DNA from: a virus
Lineage: Duplodnaviria > Heunggongvirae > Uroviricota > Caudoviricetes
IMG/VR virus record: IMGVR_UViG_3300009788_001732
Coordinates: 73,963-104,336 of that record
DNA: 30,374 bases
Strand: one strand, 5' to 3'
The translations under genes were made by a program, and so were the position numbers. Of this stretch, positions 8,036 through 15,659 are shown piece after piece. Under the pieces are notes generated by a model. The model was given only the letters and a program-made list of their open reading frames with translations. It searched no databases and was not told where the DNA came from. The stretch's first letter is position 1. Each line of letters starts with the position of its first letter.

Positions 8036-8748
8036 AACAATTGTTTATGATATTGGCGGCCCTCTCCGTAACTACGCCGACCTTTGCACAGCTTCCAACT
8101 GTTACACAGATGGTGCCCGAGAGTGTCGTTCGCATTTATGTGAATGAAAACAGAGATCAAATACCTGATTCATATGGCTCCGGCGTATTGATTTCACCCA
8201 CACAAATCTTAACCAACTATCACGTTGTTGAAGACCGGCGCAAAGACCGCCGAAATAATAGTCGCGCAGTGCAGGTTCGTTTTGCAGATGGTTCACGCAG
8301 TTATGCAGTCGTTATCTCACAAAATAAACTGTGGGATATAGCTCTTTTAGGAATCCATGCAACTAAACTGACGCCCATTACCATCGGGAACCGTCCAAAG
8401 GCTGGCGACAAGGCGACAATTCAAGGCTTGGGACCTGATTACGAATACAAACAGCAGACGGGCACAGTCAGTGATGCCAAATTTCACCCAGAGTACCACT
8501 CTGACAAAACAGACTATATTGAAATCTTAGAAGTTCGTGCGCGTGGGGGTGACAGCGGTGGGCCGATTACCGACATACATGGAAATCTTGGCGGTCTTCT
8601 GCATGGCGCCAGTGATCAAAGCGAAAAACCTTATACTCAGGGCACAACGATCGATCGTATCCGAAAGGTTTTCGGGTCGAAAATGAAGCCTAGTCGAGTC
8701 GCTGAATCGGACTACACCCTCTACAAAGAAAAGTCAAATGAGAAGTAA
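8032..8748 (+). CDS. Exported trypsin-like serine protease (S1)
   Basis: Signal peptide; GSGVLI, TNYHVV (His), WDIALL (Asp), GGDSGGP (Ser). Confidence 0.92.
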   Translation: MKQLFMILAALSVTTPTFAQLPTVTQMVPESVVRIYVNENRDQIPDSYGSGVLISPTQILTNYHVVEDRRKDRRNNSRAVQVRFADGSRSYAVVISQNKLWDIALLGIHATKLTPITIGNRPKAGDKATIQGLGPDYEYKQQTGTVSDAKFHPEYHSDKTDYIEILEVRARGGDSGGPITDIHGNLGGLLHGASDQSEKPYTQGTTIDRIRKVFGSKMKPSRVAESDYTLYKEKSNEK

Positions 8749-8758
8749 CAGTTAAGAA

Positions 8759-8980
8759 ATGATCCTGTGGATACCTTTCGTCAAACAAAAGCCGGAAGGC
8801 GGACGCCCAATCATCGTATTTTCCGAAGAAATAGGGGTAGTGGAAGCTGTTCTGGAATTTGACGGCTTAAATACGGGCAGTGTCTCGGGCGTATTCACAC
8901 ATTGGGCTGAACGAATCAAAGGTCCACCGGCCTCACAACGCTTTGTAGACCGACTCGTGTCTTGGTTGCCGGGTTTCTGA
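8759..8980 (+). CDS. Small phage protein, DUF551-like pattern
   Basis: WIP....KPE...IIV...FTHW...GPP; TGATG overlap with the next gene. Confidence 0.55.
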   Translation: MILWIPFVKQKPEGGRPIIVFSEEIGVVEAVLEFDGLNTGSVSGVFTHWAERIKGPPASQRFVDRLVSWLPGF

Positions 8981-9168
8981 TGCCGAGATTCACTATCAAC
9001 GTTGAACGTAAAATGGTTGAAACTGTTGAGATTATCGTCGTTGTTGATACTGAAGATCAAGCTTATGATAAAGCACGCAGTATAGCTGATCGCGGCAAGG
9101 GTGTGGTAACTCATCGTGAATGTGACCCTGACGCGACATACATCTTCAGCGTCAAGGAAATTAAATGA
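8980..9168 (+). CDS. Small hypothetical protein
   Basis: Overlapping start/stop at both ends. Confidence 0.7.
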   Translation: MPRFTINVERKMVETVEIIVVVDTEDQAYDKARSIADRGKGVVTHRECDPDATYIFSVKEIK

Positions 9169-9437
9169 TCCTCTACGAAGTCACAGTACAAGTTCAACAA
9201 CTCTGTGTAAAAATACTGTTCAATAATATCCCCACACTGGGACACGTCTGCGACGCAATTTGTCAAATCTTCGCCGACCAACAATGTGTTCAACATGGTA
9301 TGATCGAATTGGTACTCAGTGTTGGCGATAATAGCCGAGACACAAAGTTAGAAATTGGCGACGAAATTCGGTTCACCGACGATACGGGGCCGATTGGTTA
9401 CATGGATTTACAAACAAGGACACTATTCGATGTCTGA
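9165..9437 (+). CDS. Hypothetical protein
   Basis: ATGA overlap, operon packing. Confidence 0.7.
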   Translation: MILYEVTVQVQQLCVKILFNNIPTLGHVCDAICQIFADQQCVQHGMIELVLSVGDNSRDTKLEIGDEIRFTDDTGPIGYMDLQTRTLFDV

Positions 9438-9666
9438 ACCCCGGCTCCCGCAAGTAAAACGAGCATTATTTGATGGAATGTCGGCCGACTTTGGTAAAAG
9501 TGACAAGGTTGAGTCTTGGATTGCAAAACTCGCAAATGAGAATCCTCAAATTATAATCGCTATAGATGCGCTCGGCACGTCAGGCGGCATCCTTGCCGCT
9601 GCATTGGTTTATGCTTTGTTGGATTCGCAAGCCGAGGCCGACGAAATGTATGAAAATTTCAAATGA
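9430..9666 (+). CDS. Hypothetical protein
   Basis: AGGA RBS before ATG 9430; overlaps neighbours. Confidence 0.7.
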   Translation: MSEPRLPQVKRALFDGMSADFGKSDKVESWIAKLANENPQIIIAIDALGTSGGILAAALVYALLDSQAEADEMYENFK

Positions 9667-10007
9667 AACTCATTGAGTTAGCGCAGTCGGACAAGGGTAG
9701 CACTCAGTTGAAGGTCGTGATTGACCAAATCAACTTTGTTTTCAAGCAACCACTGCAACCCACACTCATGGTAAGCATAGCCGGCGCTATGCTGCCATGT
9801 GTCGGCGACTACAACCAAGTGTTAGAAAGCTTGGGCCTAGAAGGCTTCGTTCTTTTGGATACGCCCAACGGCTCGAAGGCTGCGGTCAACCCAAAGCACA
9901 TTCTATTCTTTATGACACCGGAACTGGGGCTGTTCAATTTGATGTTTACCGGCAAAACCGGCTTAGTTGTTAAAGCCACTACGGCCGAGATGGAACAAAT
10001 GTTTTGA
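9663..10007 (+). CDS. Hypothetical protein built of two similar beta-rich halves
   Basis: LIEL...KVVIDQINFV versus FVLL...KAAVNPKHILFF; ATGA overlap. Confidence 0.7.
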   Translation: MKLIELAQSDKGSTQLKVVIDQINFVFKQPLQPTLMVSIAGAMLPCVGDYNQVLESLGLEGFVLLDTPNGSKAAVNPKHILFFMTPELGLFNLMFTGKTGLVVKATTAEMEQMF

Positions 10008-10032
10008 CACTCTAGCTTTCGTGTGATAGACT
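10004..10032 (+). promoter_or_regulatory. Sigma70-type promoter (unit 1)
   Basis: TTGACA-17-TAGACT. Confidence 0.75.
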
Positions 10033-10035
10033 AGA

Positions 10036-10198
10036 ATGTATTAGGTTCCGTAGGGAATCACTTTTTGCCGACCCGCCTGTCTGGCGGACGGTTTCGACAT
10101 TTTAGTTCTCATACGGTAGACTGGAGTGTGCATTATGTATTCGATTCCGTAATGGAATCACTTTTTGCCGTCCCGCCCTTCCTTCGGCGGGGCGGTTT
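10036..10198 (+). repeat. Two copies, 100 bp apart, of a double-hairpin element; candidate sRNA or leader
   Basis: Shared ATGTATT..RTTCCGTA.GGAATCACTTTTTGCCG.CCCGCC...GGCGG..CGGTTT; identical 17-mer at 10054-10070 and 10154-10170. Confidence 0.8.
10094..10122 (+). promoter_or_regulatory. Sigma70-type promoter (unit 2)
   Basis: TCGACA-17-TAGACT. Confidence 0.55.
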
Positions 10199-10214
10199 AT
10201 CCTCTGGAGAAACT

Positions 10215-10451
10215 ATGTACTTCAAAGTTGACAATGGTATACTGGCACCCGCAAAGCGTGGCATCGAGATCGACACCAGCAAGTACAAAGTGCAGATCAA
10301 CAGCAAACATTTTCAGTTGTCAGCCGACGACCAGCATCATAACTTTCTGATCGATTTTGGGATAAGCCAATCCAAGCGGAACACAGTTATCTGTGACAAT
10401 GCTGGTGAAATGCTTCACATTTTAGCTCTCATTAAAATGGCATTTGGCTAA
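10215..10451 (+). CDS. Hypothetical protein
   Basis: GGAG RBS; TAATG coupling to def. Confidence 0.7.
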   Translation: MYFKVDNGILAPAKRGIEIDTSKYKVQINSKHFQLSADDQHHNFLIDFGISQSKRNTVICDNAGEMLHILALIKMAFG

Positions 10452-11014
10452 TGGAAATCCTGAACTATCCGCACCCGATCCTACGGTTCAAGACACGGGA
10501 AGTAAAGAAAGTTGATGAGAACTTTCGTGAGCTTGCTGATGAGATGCTTGCAACTATGCGTGCTGAAAAGGGCAGCGGCTTATCAGCAAACCAAGTCGGA
10601 TTCCCATTTCGCATGCTTGTCGTTGATTACCAGGGCTCGGAATTCTGTTTAGTTAACCCCGTCGTCAAACCATTTGGTAAACCAAAAGCTAAAAAAGAAG
10701 GCTGCTTATCATTTCCGGACGTGTTGATTGAGATCAAACGTTGTACAAAATGTCACTTGATGGCGCATGACTTATATGGAAACTATATTGATCAAAATAT
10801 CAGTGGAGATTTGGCGAGGATTGTCATGCACGAGACGGACCATCTCGATGGCATGTTATTTATTGACAGACTGACAGAGTTGCAGCTAAAGTTTATTTAC
10901 CCACAATTAGCAGTAATGGACCGAGTTTGGAATTCTTCAGAACATAGCTTTCCTGCCGGCGCTTTCAATGAACTTTTGTATGATTACTGCGATGTAGAGC
11001 GCCCCACAACATAA
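10451..11014 (+). CDS. def: Peptide deformylase
   Basis: All three PDF motifs: GSGLSANQVG, EGCLS, HETDHLDG. Confidence 0.95.
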   Translation: MEILNYPHPILRFKTREVKKVDENFRELADEMLATMRAEKGSGLSANQVGFPFRMLVVDYQGSEFCLVNPVVKPFGKPKAKKEGCLSFPDVLIEIKRCTKCHLMAHDLYGNYIDQNISGDLARIVMHETDHLDGMLFIDRLTELQLKFIYPQLAVMDRVWNSSEHSFPAGAFNELLYDYCDVERPTT

Positions 11015-11018
11015 AGGA

Positions 11019-11492
11019 GTGATCATGTTTAGTAACGACCATCCACAACTTCGCATTGCTGGGCCGAACTGTAACTTAGTTCGCAATGATGAGATTGACG
11101 AAGGTACATGGTTTCTGAATCATCCAGACAATACTTTTGAAGAACTTCTCGGCGGAGTTCGCGTCATAATTGACGGGTACCAAATGAAAGCAGTGGATTG
11201 GATCGTCAATCCGCCCGTAGTTAGCACCGACAAAGATAGTCCGTGTTACAAAGCAATTCAAATCCGCGCAGGTCACGAGGGCACAAAATGTCAATGGGGA
11301 CCAGAATACTGTCTGCGTATTGACAACAAGACACCAGCGTTGCTTTACTTGGGTAACAAATCCAGCAGAAACTTAATGTCTTCGATTCGCGTCGGCGGCG
11401 AATACATACTCTTGCCACAAAAAAGAACCCACAATAAATTCGTCTGGTATGTACCGAACATCGTGGATGCGGAAGCATTTGAAAAAGTATAA
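11019..11492 (+). CDS. Hypothetical protein
   Basis: AGGAG RBS; CQWGPEY...LYLGNKSSR motif. Confidence 0.75.
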   Translation: MIMFSNDHPQLRIAGPNCNLVRNDEIDEGTWFLNHPDNTFEELLGGVRVIIDGYQMKAVDWIVNPPVVSTDKDSPCYKAIQIRAGHEGTKCQWGPEYCLRIDNKTPALLYLGNKSSRNLMSSIRVGGEYILLPQKRTHNKFVWYVPNIVDAEAFEKV

Positions 11493-11530
11493 CTTTATGG
11501 TGCCCGTGATTTTCCTAGGAGGCTTAAAAG

Positions 11531-11824
11531 ATGCCACAAGGTATCAAGAATCAAGACACCCGCGTCGCGGAGTTAGAGGCGTGGATCAATGACCTGCACT
11601 CTGGTATGTTCATTAACTGTGTCTACTGCGGTCATCGGCACGGCCGTAGTCGTGAAGAAATACCAGCCGATACCTTGCGACGCCATATATCAATGTGCCC
11701 GAAACACCCAATGTCAAAGTTAATTGACGAAGTGCAAGATGCTATTATAATGATGGACAGTCCGAGTCAGCGTGGTTTGGCGCGGAAGAAACTTCTTGAA
11801 GCAGTTTTAGAAGCGAGGGCATAA
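11531..11824 (+). CDS. Phage C2HC-type Zn-binding protein
   Basis: INCVYCGH...LRRHISMCPKHP. Confidence 0.75.
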   Translation: MPQGIKNQDTRVAELEAWINDLHSGMFINCVYCGHRHGRSREEIPADTLRRHISMCPKHPMSKLIDEVQDAIIMMDSPSQRGLARKKLLEAVLEARA

Positions 11825-12223
11825 ATGCCTGTTGACTGGAATTGCGAAACAACATCACACATTCCACATTGTGACGTCCCTAAAAACCCTACAAGAAAGT
11901 TCCCAGGTATAGGTGAGCCTAGGCGAATTCGTGTGTCTATCTTGCGGTATGAGATTGGTATTCATTATTACGTTTCCGTAGAGGCCGAGAATAATCCGTT
12001 CTGGAATGACTCAGAACAATCGTGGGTCGTTACGAGTGATGACCTAGATGTCCGCGAAGATCACGAGTCAAAAAGGTTCGACAGCTTTAATCGAGCAGTA
12101 AAATGGCTGCACCTTTACTGTGTTAAACACTTCTCGGATCAGAAAATGTACAGAGTTGTTGATAAGTGGGAAGAAGACTTTGATTGGCTTGATCCAGAAA
12201 CGTATCCAGAAGAACTATGGTAA
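11825..12223 (+). CDS. Hypothetical protein
   Basis: Abuts the upstream stop. Confidence 0.7.
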   Translation: MPVDWNCETTSHIPHCDVPKNPTRKFPGIGEPRRIRVSILRYEIGIHYYVSVEAENNPFWNDSEQSWVVTSDDLDVREDHESKRFDSFNRAVKWLHLYCVKHFSDQKMYRVVDKWEEDFDWLDPETYPEELW

Positions 12224-12248
12224 TCCGCAACTGACTTAGGAGATCAAA

Positions 12249-12809
12249 ATGAACGCTACTATTAAACGTTTGATGGAACGCTTCAAACACAACATGCCAT
12301 TAACTTTGGCACAATTTCGTCGATATAGTAAGGACAATCAACGCCGTATCGTCGCGTGTAATGCTTTACGAATGTTGCTTGCAAATAAAATTCAACCCGA
12401 GCATGTCTATGTTGACGTGCCTTTTACTAAAGCAGCAGAGAACACTCAAGCAGCACAATATATCAAGCGAAGGAGCAAAGCTGATTGTGTTGTATGTGCA
12501 TTAGGTGCACTGTTTACCGGGCACGTAATGGCTCTCGACAACCGCACAGTGAAAGCCTTTTCCAATTCAGATAGGCATGACATCATCGGCGCACTATCCG
12601 GCGGGTTTGATGAAGACACACTTATGCTAATCGAGATTTACTATGAGAACTGGGACGATAATAGTTCGTCTCATGACTGGGATGCCGAAACACTTGCTCA
12701 CGCTAAACGTTTTGGCGATGCTGTTATAAACGACTATGTTTCGATGGAAATAATTCTGGAAAACATTATCGAGCACGGCGACTTTTACCCCTATGAAATG
12801 TCCCTTTAG
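12249..12809 (+). CDS. Hypothetical protein
   Basis: AGGAG RBS; CVVCALGALF motif. Confidence 0.75.
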   Translation: MNATIKRLMERFKHNMPLTLAQFRRYSKDNQRRIVACNALRMLLANKIQPEHVYVDVPFTKAAENTQAAQYIKRRSKADCVVCALGALFTGHVMALDNRTVKAFSNSDRHDIIGALSGGFDEDTLMLIEIYYENWDDNSSSHDWDAETLAHAKRFGDAVINDYVSMEIILENIIEHGDFYPYEMSL

Positions 12810-12830
12810 TGAGACAACAAGGAATCTGAT

Positions 12831-13439
12831 ATGCCAGACACACCCTGGCTCGGCTGGCACTTTCTTTCTAAAGACCGCCGCTTGCGAGGCGGCTCACGCG
12901 AGATTGTGAGAGCCGGTAGAACCTTAGACTTCGCCGGCCGCCCAAAGCTTCATGTGCACGGGTTCCATGCCAGTCGACAAGTTATCGACGCACTTATATA
13001 CGCCCCCGGCCCCATTGTCGAGCGAGTCGAACTTGGCGGCACCATTGTAACCGGCACTGGTGTAGCTGTCGCACAAACACGCACCACACTCTGGATGGCT
13101 GATGTGACAAGAATTTTACATGAGTTTACCTCTGATGTTGTAGAAGATTTACTTATCAATGCGCAAGTCAATGACCGTCGTTCCTTAGACTCGATTGACA
13201 TGAAGAGAAAATGGCTCGCCAACGAAGTGACTGACGAGGAATTGCGTGCTGCAAAATGGGCTGCAAAGGATGCTATACAGGACGATGCAAATTATATTGA
13301 ACAGATTGCCGCGTGGACTGCTTCATGGACCTCCGCGTCAGATGCTGCCGCTACCGTCGCACGGCTCACTGTAGGTGACGCTGCACGGGGTACCTATAAT
13401 ACCATGCTCGAAGCGCGTCTTTTTCAACTAGTGCCATAA
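12831..13439 (+). CDS. Conserved-looking phage protein with Ala-rich helical C-terminus
   Basis: GWHF...GFHAS...DALIYAPG..RVELGG...RT.LW.AD pattern recalled from phage proteins. Confidence 0.75.
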   Translation: MPDTPWLGWHFLSKDRRLRGGSREIVRAGRTLDFAGRPKLHVHGFHASRQVIDALIYAPGPIVERVELGGTIVTGTGVAVAQTRTTLWMADVTRILHEFTSDVVEDLLINAQVNDRRSLDSIDMKRKWLANEVTDEELRAAKWAAKDAIQDDANYIEQIAAWTASWTSASDAAATVARLTVGDAARGTYNTMLEARLFQLVP

Positions 13440-13633
13440 TGATTGACTATTCGCAGGTTGAGTTATGTATTCTCGCTCTCGCTAAGTCGAGTGGCGGTGG
13501 TGAAGACATTCATGCTCAGGTTGCCAGCAAGATGTACGATGTTTCGCTCGACGAGGTGACACCCGTTATGCGTCGCCACGCAAAGGATGTCAATTACGGC
13601 GTGATCTATGGGCGGCGTTTTGGGTTCAAATAA
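13439..13633 (+). CDS. 64-aa miniprotein made of DNA polymerase family A motif A and O-helix (motif B)
   Basis: DYSQVEL..LA, then GEDIHAQVASKMYDVSLDEVTPVMRRHAKDVNYGVIYG; TAATG coupling to the upstream gene. Confidence 0.85.
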   Translation: MIDYSQVELCILALAKSSGGGEDIHAQVASKMYDVSLDEVTPVMRRHAKDVNYGVIYGRRFGFK

Positions 13634-13646
13634 AGGGAGCTTTGAT

Positions 13647-13838
13647 ATGAGTACACAAAACGGCAAGGCACTAGTTGCACTGACAGAGCTTGATATGATT
13701 AGCCTTGGGGTACTTAAACTACGTTCCGGATTACTGGGCGTTGATTTGACGGCTGGCGTCGCAAGTGCCCTCGATGATTTACGTTCGTCTCTCGCTAACC
13801 TGCGTCATGAATTAGAAGAGGTAGGCGAGCTAGGCTAA
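13647..13838 (+). CDS. Small helical hypothetical protein
   Basis: GGGAG RBS before ATG 13647. Confidence 0.65.
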   Translation: MSTQNGKALVALTELDMISLGVLKLRSGLLGVDLTAGVASALDDLRSSLANLRHELEEVGELG

Positions 13839-13882
13839 TCTTATGCCAAGGCATAAGAATGTATAAGATTGGCGCGAGAAAA

Positions 13883-13954
13883 TGTCGGGAGATATTCACA
13901 AGTCCCGACAAATAGTAAGCTTTTCTCGGCAGATATTCACAAGTGCCGAGGAAA
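13883..13954 (+). repeat. Twin hairpins with identical 12-nt loop and different stems
   Basis: TGTCGGGA-GATATTCACAAG-TCCCGACA and TTTTCTCGGCA-GATATTCACAAG-TGCCGAGGAAA. Confidence 0.85.
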
Positions 13955-13984
13955 TCTTATCCAAGGCAAACCTGAGAATAAATA

Positions 13985-14227
13985 ATGAGTATGCAGTCAA
14001 TCAAACTCGAACCAAGCAGTCAGGCGGGTGGGAGGTTCTGTCCTAAGAAGCCGGTGGCTCACGTGGTGCCGGACGAGGATCAAAAGAGTTGCTATCTGTG
14101 GATTGGAGACGATGCGGCGGGAGGCGGCTGCTTCGCAACGCTAGAAGGCAACTCATTGCACGCCCTTGCTCTCGAAATTCTGAAATACAGGCCAAGAAAA
14201 CCGTCGCAATCTAAAGCCGCCGTGTAG
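13985..14227 (+). CDS. Hypothetical protein
   Basis: ORF track; strand consistent. Confidence 0.65.
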   Translation: MSMQSIKLEPSSQAGGRFCPKKPVAHVVPDEDQKSCYLWIGDDAAGGGCFATLEGNSLHALALEILKYRPRKPSQSKAAV

Positions 14228-14261
14228 AGTTTCGCTTTGTTCCGTAAGATACTGCAATGAT

Positions 14262-14289
14262 TTGACTTTGTGAATCGGCGCGGTATCCT
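14262..14289 (+). promoter_or_regulatory. Conserved phage promoter, copy A
   Basis: TTGACT-TTGTGAATCGGCGCGG-TATCCT (16-nt spacer). Confidence 0.75.
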
Positions 14290-14320
14290 TTAGTAACAGA
14301 GTAGATTTAAGGCACTTGAT

Positions 14321-14509
14321 ATGAAATGGCTTCGAGTCTTATTTTCCTGGCTTCCGTACCGCACTTGCGGATGGTGTGGTCGATGGTATCGATATGTGGG
14401 AGAAGGCATGAACACTAAGGAGGTTTGTTCATACATCTGCTACAAGCGGGCTGGACGAGCCCTCTTGAAGCAGAGTCTCACTTCCGCTTCTGAGTGTAAT
14501 TCAAGATGA
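14321..14509 (+). CDS. Small Zn-finger protein
   Basis: CGWCG...CSYIC; first gene after promoter A. Confidence 0.65.
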   Translation: MKWLRVLFSWLPYRTCGWCGRWYRYVGEGMNTKEVCSYICYKRAGRALLKQSLTSASECNSR

Positions 14510-14730
14510 GCAGCTATTTCTACAATCTGTTTTATCTGGCCGCTGGGCTAGCATTCGGATACTGGCTAGGAGTTCAGACGGGGTTGTTTCAACGAGCCTT
14601 CGCCTTAGGCCGCAAGCATTCCCGAAAGCGCCACCGAATTCAGCGTGGACAGCTCAGGCAGGCCCGGCTGATACTCAATAGGCGCATCGGCTTGACCGAC
14701 GAAGAAACCAGACGATACACAGGTTTATAG
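14506..14730 (+). CDS. Single-TM protein with Arg-rich tail
   Basis: ATGA overlap; hydrophobic N-terminus. Confidence 0.7.
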   Translation: MSSYFYNLFYLAAGLAFGYWLGVQTGLFQRAFALGRKHSRKRHRIQRGQLRQARLILNRRIGLTDEETRRYTGL

Positions 14731-14741
14731 AGGAGTAAACC

Positions 14742-14945
14742 ATGAGTAACTGCCCTATTAAAGAACAAACCGGCGACGGAGCTATTGTTGGCAGGTGTTG
14801 CTATCACCTACCGGACGGTATAACATGTCCTCGGCACGGAGATGTGTCAGAATACGTGAAACGGTTTGACGCCGGGGCAGGACTGACGCTAGAGAACAGC
14901 ATGCGCCGAGACAGAGGTGAATCACGATTGGAGCCTAAATCATGA
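14742..14945 (+). CDS. Small Cys/His protein
   Basis: AGGAG RBS; C...CC...CPRHG. Confidence 0.7.
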   Translation: MSNCPIKEQTGDGAIVGRCCYHLPDGITCPRHGDVSEYVKRFDAGAGLTLENSMRRDRGESRLEPKS

Positions 14946-15166
14946 CACAGACAAGCGACTCGTTGTCCAGATATCATGCACGAACATTAAAGCTGAAAGA
15001 AAATGGCGACAATCAGTACGACCGCGTAGAGTTTAAGTTGGCACATTGCGTAATTACCGTAGCCATCGGTAATGGAGGAACCCCCGGTGTGTCAATTTGC
15101 AAAATTGATGGCGATAACCTACTGCACGTTCAACCGGAAGCAAGCAACTCCATAACAGTGAGGTAA
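14942..15166 (+). CDS. Hypothetical protein
   Basis: ATGA overlap. Confidence 0.65.
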   Translation: MTQTSDSLSRYHARTLKLKENGDNQYDRVEFKLAHCVITVAIGNGGTPGVSICKIDGDNLLHVQPEASNSITVR

Positions 15167-15168
15167 CC

Positions 15169-15375
15169 ATGACCACGCAACAGACCATCTCGATATCAAT
15201 TATAGGGCTGGCAGTCATAACAATGCTTATTTTCTGTGTTCCCGAGCCATTTTACAGCGTCCCGTTGGGGATTGGACAAGCCTGTGGATTTGTGAGTGGT
15301 TTGTCTCTGGCACGTGTCGTGGGCTGGCAAAATGCGAAAAAGGACAAGCAGAACGCAGCAATATATTCCAATTGA
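15169..15375 (+). CDS. Two-TM small membrane protein
   Basis: GAGGT RBS; two hydrophobic segments. Confidence 0.7.
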   Translation: MTTQQTISISIIGLAVITMLIFCVPEPFYSVPLGIGQACGFVSGLSLARVVGWQNAKKDKQNAAIYSN

Positions 15376-15425
15376 GTAAGTGGATGAAATACATCTTAAA
15401 CAACCACTAGGCAAGGAGATAACCA

Positions 15426-15614
15426 ATGCCAAGCGAAAGAGACAGAGAGCAGGAAAACAACGCGCCGCAAGAAATACCCAACTACCAGGTGTCCTATCAG
15501 GTGTTCAACAAGGTAGTCGAGGAACTGATAAAACTCAACAGCGGCGACAGGCAGCGAGTTATAAGTGCCCTGCAAACATTTTTTGGCCTGCATCATAATC
15601 GAGCCGACTGCTAG
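15426..15614 (+). CDS. Small helical hypothetical protein
   Basis: AGGAG RBS. Confidence 0.65.
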   Translation: MPSERDREQENNAPQEIPNYQVSYQVFNKVVEELIKLNSGDRQRVISALQTFFGLHHNRADC

Positions 15615-15659
15615 CGAATTGTAGTGCGGATTACCTGACTAAATAGATGTGGAGATAGG

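Noticed and set aside
10036-10198. Mini-CRISPR or known riboswitch
   Set aside because: The repeat unit is about 60 nt with internal promoters, and it fits no aptamer consensus I know (preQ1, fluoride, guanidine-II, c-di-GMP considered)
10065-10214. TTG-start extensions of ORFs through the tandem hairpins
   Set aside because: No RBS; the better start is ATG 10215 with GGAG
13439-13633. Functional DNA polymerase I (polA)
   Set aside because: Only 64 aa, no motif C or exonuclease domains, and flanking ORFs are unrelated
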